NCBI RefSeq assembly: GCF_041886205.1
Contig: NZ_CP169029.1
Strand: one strand, 5' to 3'
Length of the DNA stretch: 64,000 nucleotides
From: Escherichia coli
GTDB lineage: Bacteria > Pseudomonadota > Gammaproteobacteria > Enterobacterales > Enterobacteriaceae
In this document: piece after piece, positions 1 to 10,171 of the stretch
How the letters are laid out: every line of letters begins with the position of its first letter
Position numbering within the stretch: the stretch's first letter is position 1
Notes under the pieces: generated by a model
The model's input: the letters and a program-made list of their open reading frames with translations, nothing else
Database searches by the model: none
What the model was told of the DNA's origin: nothing
Position numbers and translations under genes: made by a program

Positions 1-1
1 A

Positions 2-490
2 AGCCCGCAAATCAAAATTGAAACTCTGGTGCCGGATTTCCGTGGTCGTATGGATCGTGCTCTGGATATTCTGACTGCAACGCCACCAGATGTGTTCAAC
101 CATAACCTGGAAAACGTACCGCGTATTTACCGTCAGGTACGGCCTGGTGCAGATTACAACTGGTCGCTTAAGCTGCTGGAACGCTTTAAAGAAGCGCATC
201 CGGAAATCCCGACCAAGTCTGGTCTGATGGTGGGACTGGGTGAAACCAATGAAGAAATTATTGAGGTAATGCGCGACCTGCGCCGTCATGGTGTGACGAT
301 GTTAACGCTGGGGCAATATTTGCAGCCAAGCCGCCATCACCTGCCGGTTCAACGTTACGTTAGCCCGGATGAGTTCGACGAAATGAAAGCCGAAGCGCTG
401 GCGATGGGCTTTACCCATGCTGCATGCGGTCCGTTTGTCCGCTCTTCTTACCACGCCGATTTGCAGGCGAAAGGGATGGAAGTTAAGTAA
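2..490 (+). CDS. lipA: lipoyl synthase LipA, C-terminal portion (5' end lies outside the window)
   Basis: Frame open to window edge; translation matches LipA C-terminus (...[50 protein letters not shown]). Confidence 0.93.
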
Positions 491-520
491 TCCTGTAATA
501 ATTACTTACATCTGTCTGAT

Positions 521-551
521 AAAAAACCCGCTTTTTGAAGCGGGTTTTTTG
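521..551. terminator. bidirectional intrinsic terminator between lipA and tatE
   Basis: GC hairpin AAACCCGC-tttttgaa-GCGGGTTT flanked by A-run and T-run, between convergent genes. Confidence 0.7.
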
Positions 552-590
552 TATCGAACAAGATATTGAGGGAGCGTCCTGCTCGCCACG

Positions 591-794
591 TCACTCTTTA
601 TGAGAGAGCTTTTCAGCCTGAAGATCAACGTCTGCGCCTTTTTTCGCCGCAGCATCGTCATCATTCATCGCCTTCTTGAACCCTTTAATGGCCGCTCCAA
701 GGTCTCCGCCCAGCGTACGTAACTTCTTAGTCCCAAACAGCAGAACGACCAGCGCCGCAACTACCAGCAGTTTGGTAATACTAATCTCACCCAT
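591..794 (-). CDS. tatE: Sec-independent protein translocase subunit TatE
   Basis: 67-aa [33 protein letters not shown]... matches TatE; ATG start confirmed at 794. Confidence 0.95.
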   Translation of the reverse strand: MGEISITKLLVVAALVVLLFGTKKLRTLGGDLGAAIKGFKKAMNDDDAAAKKGADVDLQAEKLSHKE

Positions 795-922
795 AGATAC
801 CTTCTTGACATATAACCGGCAACAGAACGCGCCTTAAAAACCAGAGAATATTAACGGTCATTCGACGCGCGCACACAATAGCAATCTGTAACAAGGTGAA
901 TCAAGCGCCGAGTAAAAAAACA

Positions 923-1717
923 TCATAATAATTGCGGCGGCGCAAAGCGACGGTTGTTTAAGACGGGCAGTTGCGCGCGCACCTGACGCACACGTTCGGG
1001 CGTCACTTCCGCCATAATGAGTGCAGGCATTTCTGACGCTGCCGCAATGGTGACGCCAAAGGGATCTATAATCCGGCTTTGCCCGATATTTTTGTTCCCG
1101 CACTCCCCCGCCGCCACCATATAACAGGTGGTATCCAGCGCACGAGCGGCAAGCAACGTTGACCAGTGATGCTCTTTGAGTGGCCCGCGAACCCAGGCGG
1201 CAGGAAGTACCAGGATTTCAGCTCCCTGTAATGCCTGTGCCAGCGCCAGCTCTGGAAAGCGTAAGTCATAACAGGTCATCAGACCGACCTTCATCCCCTC
1301 CACCTCGAGTAACGGAGCGATTTCATTACCAGCATCAACATGGCGTGATTCCTGAATGGCAAATGCATCATAGAGATGCAGTTTGGCATAACGGGCGACG
1401 ATGTTTCCTGCCTGTAGCGCCACCAGCATATTCCATGCGCGCCCCGGCGTTGAAGGAACATGAATCGTCAGAATTGTCGTCATCATGTTACGTTTACTTT
1501 CTCGCCGTAAACGTCCGAGGAATTCGCCTTCCAGCAGCTGTGCTGATTTAACCGATAGATCTGCATCATGATCATCGCGCGCCTGCAATGCTTCCGGCAG
1601 GACAAACAGCGATACGTCGTTTTCCGCCGCCTGCGCCATCAACGAGGCACAAATCTCAGCGTTCTTTTCCCACACAGATGTAACAGCAAACTGTCCTGCG
1701 GCAACCAGCATTGCCAC
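923..1717 (-). CDS. ybeM: C-N hydrolase (nitrilase/amidase) family protein YbeM, apparently intact
   Basis: 264-aa uninterrupted ORF with C-N hydrolase-like sequence; start could be 1717 or 1711 (MAMLV/MLV). Confidence 0.85.
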   Translation of the reverse strand: MAMLVAAGQFAVTSVWEKNAEICASLMAQAAENDVSLFVLPEALQARDDHDADLSVKSAQLLEGEFLGRLRRESKRNMMTTILTIHVPSTPGRAWNMLVALQAGNIVARYAKLHLYDAFAIQESRHVDAGNEIAPLLEVEGMKVGLMTCYDLRFPELALAQALQGAEILVLPAAWVRGPLKEHHWSTLLAARALDTTCYMVAAGECGNKNIGQSRIIDPFGVTIAAASEMPALIMAEVTPERVRQVRAQLPVLNNRRFAPPQLL

Positions 1718-1803
1718 CTCCTGTCAGAGTCGTAAAATTCGCCAACGACGATTATTCGGCGTTACACTTATCACTCATACAAATCAAATAGCAGGATTTT
1801 GCA

Positions 1804-2187
1804 GTGTTACAACTTCTTTTAGCAGTTTTTATTGGCGGTGGTACGGGAAGCGTGGCGAGATGGCTGTTAAGTATGCGATTTAACCCACTGCATCAGGCGA
1901 TTCCGTTGGGGACGCTGGCAGCAAACCTGATTGGGGCATTCATCATAGGAATGGGATTCGCCTGGTTCAGCAGGATGACGAACATTGATCCAGTGTGGAA
2001 AGTATTAATCACCACCGGATTTTGTGGCGGTCTAACAACCTTCTCAACATTTTCGGCAGAAGTGGTGTTTTTGTTACAAGAGGGCCGCTTTGGCTGGGCG
2101 TTACTGAACGTTTTCGTCAACCTTCTGGGGTCTTTTGCCATGACCGCACTGGCTTTCTGGCTGTTTTCGGCCTCAACCGCACACTAA
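1804..2187 (+). CDS. crcB: fluoride channel CrcB/FluC
   Basis: 127-aa hydrophobic [26 protein letters not shown]... matches CrcB; GTG start. Confidence 0.93.
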
Positions 2188-2193
2188 AGACCA

Positions 2194-2224
2194 AAAAAAA
2201 CCCGCTGATTAAGCGGGTTTTGAA
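2194..2224. terminator. bidirectional intrinsic terminator between crcB and cspE
   Basis: A-run, hairpin ACCCGCT-gatta-AGCGGGT, T-run; convergent genes on both sides. Confidence 0.7.
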
Positions 2225-2240
2225 TTCTTGCTGACGTATC

Positions 2241-2450
2241 TTACAGAGCGATTACGTTTGCAGCAGAAGGGCCTTTGGCACCGTTAGTGATTTCGAACTC
2301 TACGCGCTGACCTTCAGCAAGAGTTTTAAAACCATTAGTCTGGATTGCAGAGAAGTGTACGAACACGTCTTTGCTGCCGTCTTCCGGAGTAATGAAACCG
2401 AATCCTTTGGACTCATTAAACCACTTAACGTTACCTTTAATCTTAGACAT
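2241..2450 (-). CDS. cspE: cold-shock-domain protein CspE
   Basis: 69-aa [36 protein letters not shown]... ; ORF track start trimmed to ATG at 2450. Confidence 0.95.
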
Positions 2451-2624
2451 CAAAATTACCTTTACATGAAAAATAGACACAAATGCTGTGTCGGTTACCA
2501 GTACACCAATTGTGGTACGCTTTGTCCAGTGCAACTTTACTAAAAAGTGATAAAAGTCGCGTTATTTTTGATGTTACTTATTTTAGTTATTGATTTTAAA
2601 GAAGTTACTAAAACTTCATTTGTC

Positions 2625-3185
2625 TCAAAACTGAAAGCGCATCCAGGCAAAGTAAACATTGCCATTGTTGTAGGTACCCGGAATGTAGGTCATCTGAAAA
2701 GTCACTGGGCCATAACCCACGGAGGCCAATGGCAGTAGAACCGGGAGAGGGATGTAATTCCAGTTATCGCGTGCCGTTACGCCAGCGGTGAATCCCAGAC
2801 CTAAATGAAAATTTTCATCCGCCAGCGGTCGCCAGGTACTTTCCCATCCGTATCCGGCAATCGGTTCCCATTTGTTCCACGAGTCCTTAAATGCCATGGC
2901 ATACAGGCCATGCCAGTTTCCTTTTTCATCCCAACGCGACAGGCCAAAACCGCCACCCCACGGTCGCTCGTTATAGCGATCGGTTTTTTCTTTGTCGTAA
3001 GCGAAACGTGCATGCCAGGTGATGGCAGGAATATATAAATCATAATGTTCAGGCTGTTGCCAGGTTTGTGCAATATTTTCTCTAAACGTTGTCATCCACT
3101 CATCTGCGTTAGCAAAAACTTTACCAACGCTGATTAACTGAATAAAAACAAAGGAAAAGATAGCGACATATTTACTCACGTTCAT
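2625..3185 (-). CDS. pagP: lipid A palmitoyltransferase PagP (CrcA)
   Basis: 186-aa [33 protein letters not shown]... with signal peptide; start trimmed to ATG at 3185. Confidence 0.93.
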   Translation of the reverse strand: MNVSKYVAIFSFVFIQLISVGKVFANADEWMTTFRENIAQTWQQPEHYDLYIPAITWHARFAYDKEKTDRYNERPWGGGFGLSRWDEKGNWHGLYAMAFKDSWNKWEPIAGYGWESTWRPLADENFHLGLGFTAGVTARDNWNYIPLPVLLPLASVGYGPVTFQMTYIPGTYNNGNVYFAWMRFQF

Positions 3186-3670
3186 TTGTGACCATAAAAC
3201 ATTTATCAAAAATCTACTACTAGCATAGCAAAGCTACAATTAACATAACCTTAATAGCCCCAACATAAAGAATAATCTGAATAGCTGCTCTATTTATTTC
3301 CGCTTGTTTAAGTTAAATATTTCCGCGCATCGATTAAAGATGATGCGTCGTTTTCTGCGATGGGAATAGTCAAAAAAGAAAAACCAAGTCTTTTTTGATG
3401 ACAAAATGCAATCAAGGAAATATTTCTTTATTTTTTAATTGGATACAACAATCATCTTAACGAAGTATATAATATATATCGTCAACCCATGCTCATGGTA
3501 GATTATTTTCTGAGCACGCAACCGCAGCTAACACCATTGCGATTAACAAATTTGCATCAATCCCCCATCAATTTACACACATTATTATGTGATAATTGCC
3601 AACCGCTAAATATGCGTTTTGTTATCTACGTATAAAAACAGCAACTTCAATGTGTTAATGGCAGTTTTTC

Positions 3671-3684
3671 TTGATTTTAATCAG
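3671..3684. promoter_or_regulatory. FNR-like box (TTGAT-N4-ATCAG) upstream of dcuC
   Basis: ttgattttaatcag about 95 bp upstream of the dcuC ATG; dcuC is known to be anaerobically induced via FNR; motif match only. Confidence 0.4.
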
Positions 3685-3773
3685 CATTCATCGCCAATTT
3701 ATTGGGCATATTTTTTCCTTAAGTTTTAGGAATTTTTTATTATTTACTTTGGGGCCTGGAGACAGGAAAAATT

Positions 3774-5159
3774 ATGCTGACATTCATTGAACTCCTTATT
3801 GGGGTTGTGGTTATTGTGGGTGTAGCTCGCTACATCATTAAAGGGTATTCCGCCACTGGTGTGTTATTTGTCGGTGGCCTGTTATTGCTGATTATCAGTG
3901 CCATTATGGGGCACAAAGTGTTACCGTCCAGCCAGGCTTCAACAGGCTACAGCGCCACGGATATCGTTGAATACGTTAAAATATTGCTAATGAGCCGCGG
4001 CGGCGACCTCGGCATGATGATTATGATGCTGTGTGGCTTTGCCGCTTACATGACCCATATCGGCGCGAATGATATGGTGGTCAAGCTGGCGTCAAAACCA
4101 TTGCAGTATATTAACTCCCCTTACCTGCTGATGATTGCCGCCTATTTTGTTGCCTGTCTGATGTCACTGGCCGTCTCTTCCGCAACCGGTCTGGGTGTTT
4201 TGCTGATGGCAACCCTGTTTCCGGTGATGGTAAACGTTGGTATCAGTCGTGGGGCAGCAGCTGCCATTTGTGCCTCCCCGGCGGCGATTATTCTCGCACC
4301 GACTTCAGGGGATGTGGTGCTGGCGGCGCAAGCTTCCGAAATGTCACTGATTGACTTCGCCTTCAAAACGACGCTGCCGATCTCAATTGCTGCAATTATC
4401 GGCATGGCGATCGCCCACTTCTTCTGGCAACGTTATCTGGATAAAAAAGAGCACATCTCTCATGAAATGTTAGATGTCAGTGAAATCACCACCACTGCTC
4501 CTGCGTTTTATGCCATTTTGCCGTTCACGCCGATCATCGGCGTACTGATTTTTGACGGCAAATGGGGTCCGCAATTACACATCATCACTATTCTGGTGAT
4601 TTGTATGCTGATTGCCTCCATTCTGGAGTTCCTCCGCAGCTTTAATACCCAGAAAGTTTTCTCTGGTCTGGAAGTGGCTTATCGCGGTATGGCAGATGCA
4701 TTTGCTAACGTGGTGATGCTGCTGGTTGCCGCTGGGGTATTCGCTCAGGGGCTTAGCACCATCGGCTTTATTCAAAGTCTGATTTCTATCGCCACCTCGT
4801 TTGGTTCGGCGAGTATCATCCTGATGCTGGTATTGGTGATCCTGACAATGCTGGCGGCAGTCACGACCGGTTCAGGCAATGCGCCGTTTTATGCGTTTGT
4901 TGAGATGATCCCGAAACTGGCGCACTCTTCCGGCATTAACCCGGCGTATTTGACTATCCCGATGCTGCAGGCGTCAAACCTGGGCCGTACCCTTTCGCCC
5001 GTTTCTGGCGTAGTCGTTGCGGTTGCCGGGATGGCGAAGATCTCGCCGTTTGAAGTCGTAAAACGCACCTCGGTGCCGGTGCTTGTTGGTTTGGTGATTG
5101 TTATCGTTGCTACAGAGCTGATGGTGCCAGGAACGGCAGCAGCGGTCACAGGCAAGTAA
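3774..5159 (+). CDS. dcuC: anaerobic C4-dicarboxylate transporter DcuC
   Basis: 461-aa polytopic membrane ORF matching DcuC over full length. Confidence 0.95.
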   Translation: MLTFIELLIGVVVIVGVARYIIKGYSATGVLFVGGLLLLIISAIMGHKVLPSSQASTGYSATDIVEYVKILLMSRGGDLGMMIMMLCGFAAYMTHIGANDMVVKLASKPLQYINSPYLLMIAAYFVACLMSLAVSSATGLGVLLMATLFPVMVNVGISRGAAAAICASPAAIILAPTSGDVVLAAQASEMSLIDFAFKTTLPISIAAIIGMAIAHFFWQRYLDKKEHISHEMLDVSEITTTAPAFYAILPFTPIIGVLIFDGKWGPQLHIITILVICMLIASILEFLRSFNTQKVFSGLEVAYRGMADAFANVVMLLVAAGVFAQGLSTIGFIQSLISIATSFGSASIILMLVLVILTMLAAVTTGSGNAPFYAFVEMIPKLAHSSGINPAYLTIPMLQASNLGRTLSPVSGVVVAVAGMAKISPFEVVKRTSVPVLVGLVIVIVATELMVPGTAAAVTGK

Positions 5160-5167
5160 ATAGTAAT

Positions 5168-5194
5168 GCCGGAGGCAAGTTTCCTCCGGCTTTA
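5168..5194. terminator. bidirectional intrinsic terminator between dcuC and dpiA
   Basis: hairpin GCCGGAGG-caagttt-CCTCCGGC followed by TTTAT. Confidence 0.7.
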
Positions 5195-5199
5195 TCATG

Positions 5200-5880
5200 T
5201 CACCCACTGTGGTATATGCGTTGCGGTCTGCCAACTTTGCCGTGAGCAATTTCAGCAATAATCAGATGGCGGCTGGCGCAATATTCAAGATAACGCCTGG
5301 CAGTGGTGCGGCTGATGGTCAGTGCCTGCGCCACCGTTTCTGCCGTATGTTGCACACCAGGCTCTTTAAACAGTTTTCGCACCGCGTTTAGCGTCAAGGG
5401 GTCAATGCCGGTCGGCAGTTCGTCTTTAGGTTCACCGCGAGCATAGGCATTAAACATCTCATCAATTTGCTTCTGGCTGGCGCTATCAATACTTTCCAGC
5501 ATATGTTTACGCTGGCGGAAACGGGTTAGCGTTTGCCCCAGCCGTTCATAGGCAATGGGCTTAATGAGATAATCAAATACACCACAACGTACGGCTTCAG
5601 ACACCGTTTCCATATCGCTGGCTGCAGTGGTAAACACCACGTCGCCAGGATAATGCGCCTGCACCAGTTCATGCAGTAAATTAATCCCTCTACCGTCAGG
5701 AAGATAGTTATCGAGCAAGATTAGCCCCGGCTTAAAACGCTCGATCATCATTCGGGCCTGCGCCAGGTTTCCCGCCAGTAATATCTGACTGAATCCGGGA
5801 ATGTGACGAATATATTCCGCATGCATCTCTGCCAGCGGCGTTTCGTCCTCAACGATCAATAGGGTTAATGGAGCTGTCAT
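5200..5880 (-). CDS. dpiA: two-component response regulator DpiA (CitB)
   Basis: 226-aa ORF with receiver domain (LLIVEDE...) and C-terminal HTH; matches DpiA. Confidence 0.94.
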   Translation of the reverse strand: MTAPLTLLIVEDETPLAEMHAEYIRHIPGFSQILLAGNLAQARMMIERFKPGLILLDNYLPDGRGINLLHELVQAHYPGDVVFTTAASDMETVSEAVRCGVFDYLIKPIAYERLGQTLTRFRQRKHMLESIDSASQKQIDEMFNAYARGEPKDELPTGIDPLTLNAVRKLFKEPGVQHTAETVAQALTISRTTARRYLEYCASRHLIIAEIAHGKVGRPQRIYHSG

Positions 5881-7507
5881 TAGGTTTCACTTTCGGAATA
5901 TAGATTGAAAATAAGGTACCGCAGGGATCATTATCTTCGAGTGTGATAACACCACCGCAGCGCGTTACGTAGCTGGCAATCAAGTACAACCCAATGCCAT
6001 GTTCACCGGGCTCGTCAGCACGCGTACTGACCCCCTGCTCAAATATTTTGTCTCGTAGAGACTCTGGAACGCCGCAGCCCTGATCGGCGACTTCAATCAC
6101 CACATCATCGCCTTCATCGCTGAGGAATAATTCAACGATCTTGTTTCCTTCATCGCTACGCAGGCTGGCTTCGAAGGCGTTATCAAGTAAATTGCCCACA
6201 ATGGCGGCAAACTCGGTGCTATCCAGTCCTGGCGGCAGTTGCGAAAGCTGGCTACCGGGGACAATGATCATTTTTAGCCCCAGTTCCCGGGCGCGCTGCA
6301 CTTTACCAAAAAGCAGCCCCGCCACCTGGCGATCGGCAAACGCCTCGCGCAGGCTGTCAATAAGCTGTTGCTGGGCCTGAGACTCCCCCTGCACCATCGC
6401 CAGCACGCGATCATACTCTTTCATCTGCAACAGACCATTGAGCGTCGACATCCAATTGAGATGCTCGTGTCGCAATGTACGAAGGCTCTCAACGTATTGT
6501 TTTATTTGCGTCAGTTGCGCATTGAGGGTGGAAATTTCGTCTTTACTGCGAAAGCTGATAATGGCCCCCAGCAAATCATCACCTGAACGAATAGCTTCCC
6601 GATTGGCAATAACGCTCAGACCGTTAAAGTTAGCCACCACATCCTGACGTTTTTCATCAATCTGTTCGGTAAAGAAATCGGCGGGCCTGACCACTTCAGC
6701 AATGGGTTTACCCAACCATTGCCGTCCGGGGGAGCTCAGCCCCAGCATCTTTCTTGCGTTACGATTGATGGCGGTAATGTAACCATGCGGATCCACCGCA
6801 ATCAGCCCTTCATAAACCGAACTAAACAGCGCCTCTTGCTGACGGACCACGCGTGCGATTTGCTTTGGCTCCATGCCCATCATTTGCCGACGGATATGCG
6901 CTGCCAGGAACCACGACAGCAACATCAGAATCCCTAACAGCACGACAAACACACCTGCCATCGGTAATAAAAACTCAGCCCGCCAGCTATCGATTTTACT
7001 CACCAGGTAGCCAATCGACACCACGCCGATGACTTTTCCATCGTCATCAAAGATTGGCGTTTTGGCGCGCATCGCCATACCCATTGACCCTTTCCCGGTA
7101 ATGAAGTAGCTCTCCCCTTTCTCCAGCGCGCCCTGTTTGGTGAACTGCATAGGATAACCAATTTTCTCCGGATTAGGATGGTAAAGGCGGATCGAGTGCC
7201 GGTCCCCAATCACCACATAATCAAAATCGGTATCTCTTTGTAATTTGTTAGCGATGGTCGCCAGCCGTTTGTAGTCACGCGTTTTCACCGCAGAGATGAC
7301 ACTGTCATTGGAGGCAATAATTTTCGCCTGATTCATTGCCATGTCGCGTACATGAAGCGTTAAATAGTCCTCAAAACTGGCCGTAAAATATTGCGCCAGG
7401 GCTGCAATGACAAATATTGAGAACACCAGAATCAGCAAAAAGATACGCAGCGGAAATGCCAGTCTTTGGAAAAATGCAAACTGTTTATTCTCGTTAAGCT
7501 GCAACAT
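5849..7507 (-). CDS. dpiB: citrate-sensing histidine kinase DpiB (CitA)
   Basis: 552-aa ORF from MLQLNENKQFAFFQRLAFPL...; overlaps dpiA by 32 bp; ORF track start trimmed. Confidence 0.93.
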   Translation of the reverse strand: MLQLNENKQFAFFQRLAFPLRIFLLILVFSIFVIAALAQYFTASFEDYLTLHVRDMAMNQAKIIASNDSVISAVKTRDYKRLATIANKLQRDTDFDYVVIGDRHSIRLYHPNPEKIGYPMQFTKQGALEKGESYFITGKGSMGMAMRAKTPIFDDDGKVIGVVSIGYLVSKIDSWRAEFLLPMAGVFVVLLGILMLLSWFLAAHIRRQMMGMEPKQIARVVRQQEALFSSVYEGLIAVDPHGYITAINRNARKMLGLSSPGRQWLGKPIAEVVRPADFFTEQIDEKRQDVVANFNGLSVIANREAIRSGDDLLGAIISFRSKDEISTLNAQLTQIKQYVESLRTLRHEHLNWMSTLNGLLQMKEYDRVLAMVQGESQAQQQLIDSLREAFADRQVAGLLFGKVQRARELGLKMIIVPGSQLSQLPPGLDSTEFAAIVGNLLDNAFEASLRSDEGNKIVELFLSDEGDDVVIEVADQGCGVPESLRDKIFEQGVSTRADEPGEHGIGLYLIASYVTRCGGVITLEDNDPCGTLFSIYIPKVKPNDSSINPIDR

Positions 7508-7886
7508 TGTTTTCCTTGCGGGTTGTCCCGAGCCTCTTTGACGGATGTAATTAAAATGTTGAATCAAAATACATAGATATTAAATATAATCGTGGCAAAT
7601 TTTATTCATTAAATCAATTAAATCACTTAAACCTGCGGGGCATTTCGTAATTACATTAATTAAAAAACTTAAAACCATTAAATAAATAAAAAACCACTAA
7701 CTCTATGTGAAATAAATCAAAATTTCACGCTGCAATACTCCTTAGGATGTATAGCGAAAGGAGAAAAAGATATACCTCGATCGCCCCCCTTTCTCCCAAG
7801 TGAAAATAAAAGGTTATCAGTTTGCAACATCGAACAACATTCGTTGCAAATCGATAACAACATGCACCTTCAGGATACTATTTATT

Positions 7887-8945
7887 ATGTTCGGCAATGA
7901 TATTTTCACCCGTGTAAAACGTTCAGAAAATAAAAAAATGGCGGAAATCGCCCAATTCCTGCATGAAAATGATTTGAGCGTTGACACCACAGTCGAAGTA
8001 TTTATTACCGTAACCCGCGATGAAAAGCTTATCGCGTGCGGTGGAATTGCCGGAAATATTATTAAATGCGTTGCTATCAGTGAATCCGTTCGCGGTGAAG
8101 GACTGGCGCTGACATTAGCCACTGAATTGATAAACCTCGCCTATGAGCGGCACAGCACGCATCTGTTTATTTATACCAAAACCGAATACGAGGCGCTGTT
8201 CCGCCAGTGCGGTTTTTCCACGCTGACCAGCGTACCCGGCGTGATGGTGCTGATGGAAAACAGCGCCACGCGACTGAAACGCTATGCCGAATCGCTGAAA
8301 AAATTTCGTCATCCAGGGAACAAGATTGGCTGCATTGTGATGAACGCCAATCCCTTTACGAATGGTCACCGTTATCTGATTCAACAAGCTGCGGCACAGT
8401 GCGACTGGTTGCATCTGTTTTTAGTCAAAGAAGATTCTTCACGCTTCCCCTATGAAGACCGGCTGGATCTGGTGTTAAAAGGCACCGCCGATATTCCACG
8501 CCTGACTGTGCATCGCGGCTCCGAATACATCATCTCCCGCGCTACGTTCCCTTGCTACTTCATTAAAGAACAGAGCGTCATTAACCATTGTTACACCGAA
8601 ATTGATCTGAAGATTTTCCGTCAGTACCTCGCTCCCGCGCTGGGTGTAACTCACCGCTTTGTCGGTACTGAACCCTTTTGTCGCGTTACCGCCCAGTACA
8701 ACCAGGATATGCGCTACTGGCTGGAAACGCCGACTATCTCCGCAGCGCCCATCGAACTGGTTGAAATTGAGCGGCTGCGTTACCAGGAGATGCCGATATC
8801 CGCTTCCCGGGTACGTCAACTGCTGGCGAAAAACGATCTCACGGCTATCGCGCCGCTGGTCCCTGCAGTCACGCTGCATTATTTGCAGAACCTGCTTGAG
8901 CACTCCCGCCAGGACGCGGCAGCTCGTCAAAAGACCCCCGCATGA
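7887..8945 (+). CDS. citC: [citrate (pro-3S)-lyase] ligase CitC
   Basis: 352-aa ORF starting MFGNDIFTRVKRSENKKMAEIAQF...; upstream in-frame extension in ORF track rejected. Confidence 0.92.
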   Translation: MFGNDIFTRVKRSENKKMAEIAQFLHENDLSVDTTVEVFITVTRDEKLIACGGIAGNIIKCVAISESVRGEGLALTLATELINLAYERHSTHLFIYTKTEYEALFRQCGFSTLTSVPGVMVLMENSATRLKRYAESLKKFRHPGNKIGCIVMNANPFTNGHRYLIQQAAAQCDWLHLFLVKEDSSRFPYEDRLDLVLKGTADIPRLTVHRGSEYIISRATFPCYFIKEQSVINHCYTEIDLKIFRQYLAPALGVTHRFVGTEPFCRVTAQYNQDMRYWLETPTISAAPIELVEIERLRYQEMPISASRVRQLLAKNDLTAIAPLVPAVTLHYLQNLLEHSRQDAAARQKTPA

Positions 8946-8959
8946 GAAACAGGTGAAAA

Positions 8960-9256
8960 ATGAAAATAAACCAGCCCGCCGTTGCAGGCACCCTTGAGTC
9001 TGGGGATGTGATGATACGCATCGCCCCACTCGATACGCAGGATATCGACCTGCAAATCAACAGCAGCGTTGAGAAACAGTTTGGCGATGCCATTCGCACC
9101 ACCATTCTGGACGTTCTCGCCCGCTACAACGTGCGCGGCGTACAGCTGAATGTCGATGACAAAGGCGCACTGGACTGCATTTTACGTGCACGACTGGAAG
9201 CCCTGCTGGCACGCGCCAGCGGTATCCCGGCTCTGCCATGGGAGGATTGCCAATGA
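8960..9256 (+). CDS. citD: citrate lyase acyl carrier protein (gamma subunit) CitD
   Basis: 98-aa [27 protein letters not shown]... Confidence 0.95.
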
Positions 9257-10161
9257 TTTCCGCTTCGCTGCAACAACGTAAAACTCGCACCCGCCGCAGC
9301 ATGTTGTTTGTGCCTGGTGCCAATGCCGCGATGGTCAGCAACTCCTTCATCTACCCGGCTGATGCCCTGATGTTTGACCTCGAAGACTCCGTGGCATTAC
9401 GTGAAAAAGACACCGCCCGCCGCATGGTTTATCACGCGCTGCAACATCCGCTGTATCGCGATATTGAAACCATTGTGCGTGTAAACGCGCTGGATTCCGA
9501 ATGGGGTGTTAACGACCTGGAAGCCGTCGTTCGCGGTGGTGCGGACGTTGTACGTCTGCCGAAAACCGATACCGCTCAGGATGTTCTGGATATCGAAAAA
9601 GAGATCCTGCGTATAGAAAAAGCCTGTGGTCGTGAACCCGGCAGCACCGGCCTGCTGGCGGCGATTGAATCTCCGCTGGGCATTACCCGCGCAGTAGAAA
9701 TCGCTCACGCTTCCGAGCGTTTGATCGGTATCGCCCTCGGTGCAGAAGACTATGTGCGCAACCTGCGTACAGAACGCTCCCCGGAAGGAACTGAACTGCT
9801 GTTCGCACGCTGTTCCATTTTGCAGGCCGCGCGCTCTGCGGGTATTCAGGCGTTCGATACCGTCTATTCCGACGCTAACAACGAAGCCGGATTCCTGCAA
9901 GAAGCCGCCCACATCAAACAGCTGGGCTTTGACGGCAAATCGCTGATCAACCCGCGTCAGATTGATCTGCTGCACAACCTCTACGCACCGACCCAGAAAG
10001 AAGTGGATCACGCCCGCCGCGTCGTAGAAGCCGCTGAAGCCGCCGCTCGCGAAGGCCTCGGCGTGGTTTCCCTGAACGGCAAGATGGTGGACGGTCCGGT
10101 TATCGATCGCGCCCGTCTGGTGCTCTCCCGTGCAGAACTTTCCGGCATCCGCGAAGAATAA
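9253..10161 (+). CDS. citE: citrate lyase beta subunit (citryl-ACP lyase) CitE
   Basis: 302-aa [30 protein letters not shown]...; ATGA overlap with citD stop. Confidence 0.94.
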
Positions 10162-10171
10162 GGCAATCAAA

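Noticed and set aside
1066-1551. ORFs 1066-1269 (minus) and 1180-1551 (plus) overlapping ybeM
   Set aside because: Alternative frames of the ybeM coding region; no independent support.
1718-1803. Possible fluoride riboswitch upstream of crcB
   Set aside because: The 86-bp leader shows none of the conserved crcB-motif elements; the E. coli crcB is not known to carry this riboswitch.
3300-3330. PhoP box upstream of pagP
   Set aside because: Only one good half-site (TGTTTA) with a poor second repeat at the expected spacing; not enough to call, although pagP is a known PhoPQ target.
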